The notes below the pieces were generated by a model that made no database searches, was not told the DNA's origin, and saw only the letters and a program-made list of their open reading frames with translations. Below, piece by piece: positions 45,719-51,660 of a stretch of 55,076 bases of DNA. Source of the stretch: Minisyncoccota bacterium (GTDB lineage: Bacteria; Patescibacteriota; Minisyncoccia; Phycocordibacterales; UBA9973); NCBI GenBank assembly GCA_036169735.1, contig JAVHNX010000009.1:7558-62633 (forward strand), in the 5' to 3' direction. Numbering within the stretch: position 1 is the stretch's first letter; each line of letters starts with the position of its first letter. The position numbers were made by a program, and so were the translations under genes.

Positions 45719-47137
45719 ATGGAATTTAAAATAGAAAAAAAAATGAAAGGGTGTCTTGGAAGAATAGGGGTTTTGACAACCCCACACGGAGTTATTTTAA
45801 CTCCTTCTTTTGTGGCGGTTGGAACTAAGGCTACAATAAAATCTCTCAATCCAGATCAGGTGAAAGAAGAGGGAACTCAAGTTGTACTGGGAAATACTTA
45901 CCACTTATTTTTACAGCCTGGTGATGAGATAGTTGCCAAGGCCGGAGGTATCGGAAAGTTTATGAATTGGTCCGGTCCGACAATGACAGACTCAGGTGGT
46001 TTTCAAGTTTTTTCTTTGGGTGCTGCTTATGGAAAAAATATTTCGAAAGTTATTCAAATCACCGATCCATCACTGATGATTCCCGAACGTTTTGATGATA
46101 GTGATGCGCCACGTCTCGCAAAGATTGGACAAGATGGGGTGTCTTTCAAGTCTCATTTAGATGGATCTATTCATTACATTACGCCTGAGAAATCAATTCA
46201 GATTCAACACAATCTCGGTGCTGATATAATTTTTGCTTTTGATGAATGTACTAGTCCTGCGGAAGATTTTAAATACCAAGAAGAAGCTTTGAATCGTACT
46301 CATGCTTGGGCTAAGAGGTGTTTGGAAGAACATAAAAAATTAGAAGAGTTAAAGGAAAATTCAAAGAAGATATTTTCTCGCGACTCGCACTCTGACCTGG
46401 GTGTGGTTAATGATCTGGACGTAGCGTATGTCGCAGAAAACACTTCTTTAAATTTTCCTGACATTACAGAAAGCTCGACCTTGAATTTTCTCCAAAGTTC
46501 TCAGGCTTTATTTGGTATTGTGCAGGGTGGCAGAGAAGAAGACCTTCGCAAAAGATCTGCTCAGGTTATTTCAGAAATGCAGGTTGATGGAAAAAGTTTT
46601 GATGGTTTTGGTATTGGTGGAAGTTTTGCCAAAGAAGATATGAGTACAGCTGTGAAGTGGGTGAATGAAATTTTGCCGGAAGAAAAACCTCGACATTTGC
46701 TCGGTATCGGTGAACCGGAAGATTTATTTATGGGTATAGAAAATGGCGTGGATCTTTTTGATTGTGTCTTGCCGACACGTCTCGGACGCAATGGTACTAT
46801 CTATACAAAAAAAGGAAAGATAAGTATTACGAATGCAAAATATCGTGATGATTTTTCTCCAATTGAAGATGACTGTGAATGTTACACTTGTGGGCAAAGT
46901 AGCAGAGGACAAGGTGACTCCTTACCCAGAGGGGAAGGTGTTTCCTTGTCTTCCGTAAAATACAGCAAAGCCTACATAGCCCACCTATTCCACGGCAAAG
47001 AAATGCTAGCAGGAACCTTGGCTTCAATTCACAATTTACATTTTATTGTTTCTCTTGTTGCCAAAATCCGTCAGAGTATTATTGATGATAATTTCTATGA
47101 GTTTAGGGATGAGTTTTTGAAAAATTACGAAAAATAA
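45719..47137 (+). CDS. tgt: Queuine tRNA-ribosyltransferase with two lineage-specific insertions (472 aa)
   Basis: TPHG...TP.F..VGT, MTDSGGFQV, FAFDEC, LFGIVQGG, GFGIGGS, LLGIGEPEDL, Zn motif CECYTC ... SIHNL. Confidence 0.9.
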   Translation: MEFKIEKKMKGCLGRIGVLTTPHGVILTPSFVAVGTKATIKSLNPDQVKEEGTQVVLGNTYHLFLQPGDEIVAKAGGIGKFMNWSGPTMTDSGGFQVFSLGAAYGKNISKVIQITDPSLMIPERFDDSDAPRLAKIGQDGVSFKSHLDGSIHYITPEKSIQIQHNLGADIIFAFDECTSPAEDFKYQEEALNRTHAWAKRCLEEHKKLEELKENSKKIFSRDSHSDLGVVNDLDVAYVAENTSLNFPDITESSTLNFLQSSQALFGIVQGGREEDLRKRSAQVISEMQVDGKSFDGFGIGGSFAKEDMSTAVKWVNEILPEEKPRHLLGIGEPEDLFMGIENGVDLFDCVLPTRLGRNGTIYTKKGKISITNAKYRDDFSPIEDDCECYTCGQSSRGQGDSLPRGEGVSLSSVKYSKAYIAHLFHGKEMLAGTLASIHNLHFIVSLVAKIRQSIIDDNFYEFRDEFLKNYEK

Positions 47138-47161
47138 AAAGCTTCATTTATGAAGCTTTTC
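47137..47161. terminator. Bidirectional terminator between tgt and the convergent small gene
   Basis: aaaagcttca / tgaagctttt stem with a ttta loop. Confidence 0.6.
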
Positions 47162-47177
47162 GTGTTTTTAAGAATTT

Positions 47178-47459
47178 TTATTCTTCCGCTTTTTCTTCTG
47201 TTGATTTTCTTAATTGATTTATTTCTTTTTGTTTTTTTGATATAAAACAAATTAAATATAAAATAAACAAAAGATCATTAATTGGATGAATTATCGGTTC
47301 AATTTCAAGTGAAATAAAACTCATAATAATTAGTGTTAACCCAATTACTGCAATAATCATCATTATTGAATTAAGAGTTTTATCACCTATATTTTTAGCA
47401 ATAAACTCGTGTGGGTACTCTAGCTTTGTAAATTTCATATCTTTAAGTTTTAAGAACAA
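47178..47459 (-). CDS. Hypothetical small two-TM membrane protein (start uncertain: TTG at 47459 or ATG at 47438)
   Basis: Hydrophobic segments SIMMIIAVIGLTLIIMSFI and LLFILYLICFI. No recognisable motif. Confidence 0.4.
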   Translation of the reverse strand: MFLKLKDMKFTKLEYPHEFIAKNIGDKTLNSIMMIIAVIGLTLIIMSFISLEIEPIIHPINDLLFILYLICFISKKQKEINQLRKSTEEKAEE

Positions 47460-47548
47460 ACTGTTTTAGGTCAGTTAAAGCACCTTTTTATCTTTTAATA
47501 TTATATACCTTTTAATCTAAAATGTCAAGAGGTAAATAAGCCTTGTTT

Positions 47549-47557
47549 TGCTATACT
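47549..47557 (+). promoter_or_regulatory. Extended -10 element TGcTATACT, ending 11 nt before the uvrB ATG
   Basis: Read in the sequence. There is no good -35, which is typical for extended -10 promoters. Confidence 0.4.
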
Positions 47558-47568
47558 TTTACCTGTAA

Positions 47569-49677
47569 ATGCCAAACAACAAATTCAAACTCCATACCGA
47601 ATACCAGCCCGCAGGGGACCAGCCAAAGGCTATAAAGGGGCTTTTGGAAGGTCTAAAAAAAGGTATGCACAAGCAGACCCTTTTGGGTGTGACAGGTTCC
47701 GGTAAGACTTTTACTGTGGCGAATGTTATTGCTGAAATGAATAAACCGACTTTGGTTATTGCTCACAACAAAACTCTCGCAGCACAGCTTGCTCAAGAGT
47801 ACAAAACTTTTTTTCCGGAAAACGCGGTGCATTATTTCGTTTCTTATTACGACTATTATCAACCCGAAGCATACATGCCGACTACAGATACTTTTATTGA
47901 AAAAGATGCGCAGATCAATAAAGAAATAGACCGATTGAGACATGCTTCGACACAAGCACTTTTGACTCGCAAAGATGTAATCATTGTCGCTTCAGTTTCT
48001 TGTATTTATGGTTTGGGAAGTCCAGAAGAATACAAGGAAGAAAATTTAGAAATAACTATTGGAGATAAAATAACTCGTACGAGCATGATGTCTCGATTGA
48101 TAGAAATACATTTTGAGAGAACGAATGCAGACCTGACTCCAGGTACTTTCCGTGCATTGGCAAATAAAATAGAAATTATGCCGGTGTCGGAAAATTTTTT
48201 ATATTCTATCGAGCTTGCTGAACCTGATGCAACAAGGTCGGACCTTAAATCCCCAAAAAGGTCCGACCTTAAGGAGCCAGTTGCATCAGGTTCAGCTGTT
48301 AAGAGTATTCTTCGCATTGACCCAGTTTCTTCTAAAATCCTCTCTGAGGAAAAAAGTATTTTTATTTTCCCGGCAAAACATTTCATAACTAATAAAACAA
48401 AATTAGCGAAAGCCATAAAAGATATTCAAGCGGAGTTAAAATTACAATTAAAAAAGTTTAATAAAGAAGGAAAGCTTCTAGAAGCGGAGAGAATTAAACG
48501 TCGTACAAATTATGATATAGCAATGCTCCGCGAGGTTGGGTATTGTTCCGGAATAGAAAACTATTCTCGTCTTTTGTCCGGTAAGAAAGCAGGTGAAGCA
48601 CCCGAGACTTTGTTGTCTTATTTTGGAAAAGATTTCCTGACAGTTATCGATGAATCGCATGTCACACTGCCACAGATTGGTGGTATGTATGCAGGTGATG
48701 CTTCTCGTAAAACTACTTTGATTGAACACGGTTTTAGATTGCCAAGTGCCAAGGATAACAGACCTCTTAAATATGATGAGTTTGAAAAGCGTGTTGGCCA
48801 GGTGATTTATACGACAGCGACTCCTTCTGAAGTTGAAAGAAAAGAAAGTGATCAGATAGTGGAGCAGATTATCCGTCCTACAGGCCTTGTAGACCCTGAA
48901 ATTGAGGTGAGACCGATTGCGGCTGTACTTGGTAGTCCTGCTACCAAGTTAGTAGCAGGACTACCAAGTTACCCAGGCCAAGTGCAAGATTTCATCGCAG
49001 AAGCAGGAAAAGAAATTAAAAAAGGTGGCCGAGTGATAGCTACCACTTTGACCAAAAAAATGGCGGAAGATTTGTCTGCATATTTGAAAGACAAAAAAAT
49101 AAAATCAGAGTATGTGCATAGTGACATAAAGACGATTGAACGTATAAAAATCTTAACAGAATTCCGTCGAGGAACTTTTGATATTTTAGTCGGAGTGAAT
49201 CTTCTCCGCGAAGGTTTGGATTTACCGGAGGTGACACTCATTGGTATTTTAGATGCGGACAAAGAGGGGTTTTTGCGTAGTGAAGTTTCTTTGATACAGA
49301 CGATAGGTCGTGCTGCTCGAAACGTTGCAGGACGTGTGATTCTTTATGCTGACAGGATTACTGGCTCGATGGAGCGTGCGATGGCAGAGACAAATCGCCG
49401 ACGAGTTATCCAAGTCGCTTATAATAAAAAACATAATATAACTCCGAAAACAATTATTAAAAAGATAAATGATATTACTGAAGCATTGGATAGTCTGCAT
49501 GATAAAGCAGTAGCTTCTGAGCTCGATCTGGATACGAAACTTTTTGCAAAAAATCCCTCTAAGCTTGTGAAGCTAAAAGAGCGACAAATGTCCGAGGCAG
49601 TAAAAGCTTTAGATTTCGAAACCGCGGCTATTCTCCGTGATGAACTTAAAGTCTTAAAAGAAAGATTGGTGAAGTAA
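47569..49677 (+). CDS. uvrB: Excinuclease ABC subunit B with two in-frame palindromic insertions
   Basis: Walker A GVTGSGKT, YVSYYDYYQPEAY, DESHVT, helicase motifs LTKKMAEDL / VGVNLLREGLDLPEV / QTIGRAARN, and the C-terminal UVR motif ..FETAAILRDEL. Confidence 0.95.
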   Translation: MPNNKFKLHTEYQPAGDQPKAIKGLLEGLKKGMHKQTLLGVTGSGKTFTVANVIAEMNKPTLVIAHNKTLAAQLAQEYKTFFPENAVHYFVSYYDYYQPEAYMPTTDTFIEKDAQINKEIDRLRHASTQALLTRKDVIIVASVSCIYGLGSPEEYKEENLEITIGDKITRTSMMSRLIEIHFERTNADLTPGTFRALANKIEIMPVSENFLYSIELAEPDATRSDLKSPKRSDLKEPVASGSAVKSILRIDPVSSKILSEEKSIFIFPAKHFITNKTKLAKAIKDIQAELKLQLKKFNKEGKLLEAERIKRRTNYDIAMLREVGYCSGIENYSRLLSGKKAGEAPETLLSYFGKDFLTVIDESHVTLPQIGGMYAGDASRKTTLIEHGFRLPSAKDNRPLKYDEFEKRVGQVIYTTATPSEVERKESDQIVEQIIRPTGLVDPEIEVRPIAAVLGSPATKLVAGLPSYPGQVQDFIAEAGKEIKKGGRVIATTLTKKMAEDLSAYLKDKKIKSEYVHSDIKTIERIKILTEFRRGTFDILVGVNLLREGLDLPEVTLIGILDADKEGFLRSEVSLIQTIGRAARNVAGRVILYADRITGSMERAMAETNRRRVIQVAYNKKHNITPKTIIKKINDITEALDSLHDKAVASELDLDTKLFAKNPSKLVKLKERQMSEAVKALDFETAAILRDELKVLKERLVK
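48217..48296. repeat. 80-bp compound palindrome inside uvrB (17-bp perfect outer arms, 13-bp perfect inner arms)
   Basis: gctgaacctgatgcaac (48217-48233) is the exact reverse complement of gttgcatcaggttcagc (48280-48296). Inner aaggtcggacctt (48234-48246) is the exact reverse complement of aaggtccgacctt (48258-48270). Confidence 0.9.
48927..48969. repeat. 43-bp palindrome inside uvrB (18-bp perfect arms, 7-nt loop)
   Basis: acttggtagtcctgctac (48927-48944) is the exact reverse complement of gtagcaggactaccaagt (48952-48969). ctaccaagtta also occurs twice as a direct repeat (48941 and 48961). Confidence 0.9.
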
Positions 49678-49690
49678 TTTTTTAAATTCT

Positions 49691-49718
49691 TTGCATTTTA
49701 ATTTCAGCTTGCTATACT
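49691..49718 (+). promoter_or_regulatory. Promoter TTGCAT-N16-(TGc)TATACT, with the -10 ending 12 nt before the ATG
   Basis: Hexamers read in the sequence upstream of 49731. Confidence 0.5.
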
Positions 49719-49730
49719 TTTCGCAATAAA

Positions 49731-51128
49731 ATGGCAAAGAAAAAAATAAAGAAAAACGGTAAGAATTGGAAGAAATTTTGGAAGCTCGGTGTGGAGGAAT
49801 TCAACACTCAGTTTTTTGGAGTTTCAAAAGACGGGGATATGACTGTCTCTGAAGGTCACAACTTATATAATCTTTCTGACTTAGCAGAAAAGTATGGAAC
49901 TCCTCTGCAAGTAGTTTTACCTTTTGTTATTGAGGACCGTTTAAAAGACTTGATTGGGTATTTCCAGGCTTATATGAAAATATATGGCTATAAGGGTAAA
50001 TTCTTTTATCACTATCCAATGAAGGTAAACCAGAATAAAGAATTTATTTTACCTCTTGTTTCTGAAGGAGCAAATTTGGAAGTTACTTCAGCAAATGAAC
50101 TTTGGCTTGTAAAAAAACTTTGGGAAAGAGAAAAATTTGATAGTAAAATCCGAGTACTTTGCAACGGACCAAAGACCGACGTTTATTTAGATTTGATTGA
50201 AGAATTACGTACCAAGGGGATGAGTATTATTCCTATTATTGAAGGTCCTGAAGAGATTGAAAGACTTGCAAAATACAAGGGTGATATCGGGGTACGCGTA
50301 GACCTCTCCATAAAAGCAGATACCCATTGGGATAAAAAATTTGATCGTTTTGGATTGTCAGAACGTGATGTTCTTGATTTGAATAAAATGAAAAATCTAA
50401 AGATAATGCACTATCATTTGGGTTCTCAAATAAAGACACAGAAAAGTATTTTAGATGGAGTGAAACATGCTTTTAGTATTTATGTTGAACTACAAAAAAC
50501 ACATCAAAATTTAGACACTTTAGATATTGGTGGAGGCTTCGGTATTCCTTATGAAAAGAAAAAGTTTTATACCGCGAAAGGTGTCTCAAGTAAGATGATA
50601 AGAATGCTGAAAAACTTGTCAGATAAAGCAGGTATCAAGCATCCAAACCTGGCTGTCGAATGGGGACAATATATTGTAGCTCCATCACAAGTTACGATTT
50701 ATAAAATTATTTCCGAGAAATCCATTCCGAAAGCCAATGCTAAAGCTTGGTATATTATTGATGGAAGTTTTATGAATGATTTAAAGGATACATGGGCAAT
50801 TCATCAGAAATGGCATACGATACCTGTGAATCATATGAATGGTAGTTTAAAAAGAGTTTGGCTAGCTGGTAGTAGTTGTGATTCAGATGATAAATATACT
50901 GCTGGTGGTAATTATATTCTCTTACCAAAGCTTCATGAAAACAAAGATCAGTATGTGGCTATTTTAGATACGGGTGCTTATCAAGATAGTCTTGCCTCAC
51001 ACCATTGTCTCCTGTCTGCTCCAATGAAAATAGTAGCTCAGGATGGCATGATAAAAATTGCTCGTAAGCGTGAAACAGCAGAATCAATCGGTAAGCTTTT
51101 TGGTTGGAACACTGGAGATCATAAATAA
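49731..51128 (+). CDS. speA: Compact biosynthetic arginine decarboxylase-like PLP enzyme (alanine racemase-fold decarboxylase)
   Basis: PLP-lysine context YHYPMKVNQNKEF (SpeA-type YP.KVNQ), HYHLGSQI, LDIGGGFGIPYE, GSSCDSDD, DTGAYQDSL. At 465 aa it is shorter than the ~630-aa classical SpeA. Confidence 0.65.
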   Translation: MAKKKIKKNGKNWKKFWKLGVEEFNTQFFGVSKDGDMTVSEGHNLYNLSDLAEKYGTPLQVVLPFVIEDRLKDLIGYFQAYMKIYGYKGKFFYHYPMKVNQNKEFILPLVSEGANLEVTSANELWLVKKLWEREKFDSKIRVLCNGPKTDVYLDLIEELRTKGMSIIPIIEGPEEIERLAKYKGDIGVRVDLSIKADTHWDKKFDRFGLSERDVLDLNKMKNLKIMHYHLGSQIKTQKSILDGVKHAFSIYVELQKTHQNLDTLDIGGGFGIPYEKKKFYTAKGVSSKMIRMLKNLSDKAGIKHPNLAVEWGQYIVAPSQVTIYKIISEKSIPKANAKAWYIIDGSFMNDLKDTWAIHQKWHTIPVNHMNGSLKRVWLAGSSCDSDDKYTAGGNYILLPKLHENKDQYVAILDTGAYQDSLASHHCLLSAPMKIVAQDGMIKIARKRETAESIGKLFGWNTGDHK

Positions 51129-51129
51129 T

Positions 51130-51600
51130 ATGAACAAAAAAAATTCTAAACCTTTAATTAAAAATATTATATTTTCTATTTTAATTGTTGTTGGATTTTT
51201 TTTAATTCAAAATTATATTCCTAAAAAAGAAATAAAAGAAACCAACGCTCAGTATGTAAAAATAGCGGGGCAAAAAATAAAAGTTGATTTGGCTTTAAAT
51301 AAACAAACTCAGGAACAAGGGCTTTCAGGTAGAAACAGTTTAAAGGAAAATGAAGGAATGCTTTTTGTTTTTGAAAAACCTTCTCATAATCTTTTTTGGA
51401 TGAAAGACATGAATTTTCCTATAGATATGATATGGATTAGTGAAGATCTCCATGTTGTTTATATTAAAAAAGATGCCAAGCCTGAATCTTTTCCTGAATC
51501 TTTTGGTCCAGACGAAAATACAAAATATGTTTTAGAAGTGATCTCTGGGTTTGGAGATAAAAATAATTTAAAAGAAGGGGATGGTATTGAACTACTGTAG
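51130..51600 (+). CDS. DUF192-domain protein (COG1430), secreted or anchored
   Basis: N-terminal TM/signal IIFSILIVVGFFLI. GLSGR..L....GMLFVF......FWMKDMNFPIDMIWI matches the DUF192 pattern. I prefer the ATG at 51130 over the track's 51058, which overlaps the upstream gene. Confidence 0.65.
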   Translation: MNKKNSKPLIKNIIFSILIVVGFFLIQNYIPKKEIKETNAQYVKIAGQKIKVDLALNKQTQEQGLSGRNSLKENEGMLFVFEKPSHNLFWMKDMNFPIDMIWISEDLHVVYIKKDAKPESFPESFGPDENTKYVLEVISGFGDKNNLKEGDGIELL

Positions 51601-51610
51601 TAGTAGAAAC

Positions 51611-51651
51611 AAAAACAGCCCCGTCGCTTTAGAGCGACGGGGCTGTTTTTT
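51611..51651. terminator. Bidirectional rho-independent terminator between convergent genes
   Basis: Perfect 18-bp arms aaaaacagccccgtcgct / agcgacggggctgttttt with a 4-nt loop. Confidence 0.85.
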
Positions 51652-51660
51652 AATTAATTA

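Noticed and set aside
51058-51129. Upstream extension of the DUF192 ORF, overlapping the end of the speA-like gene
   Set aside because: The extension overlaps the preceding CDS by 71 nt in another frame. The ATG at 51130 is followed at once by a signal/TM segment, giving a sensible 156-aa DUF192 protein.
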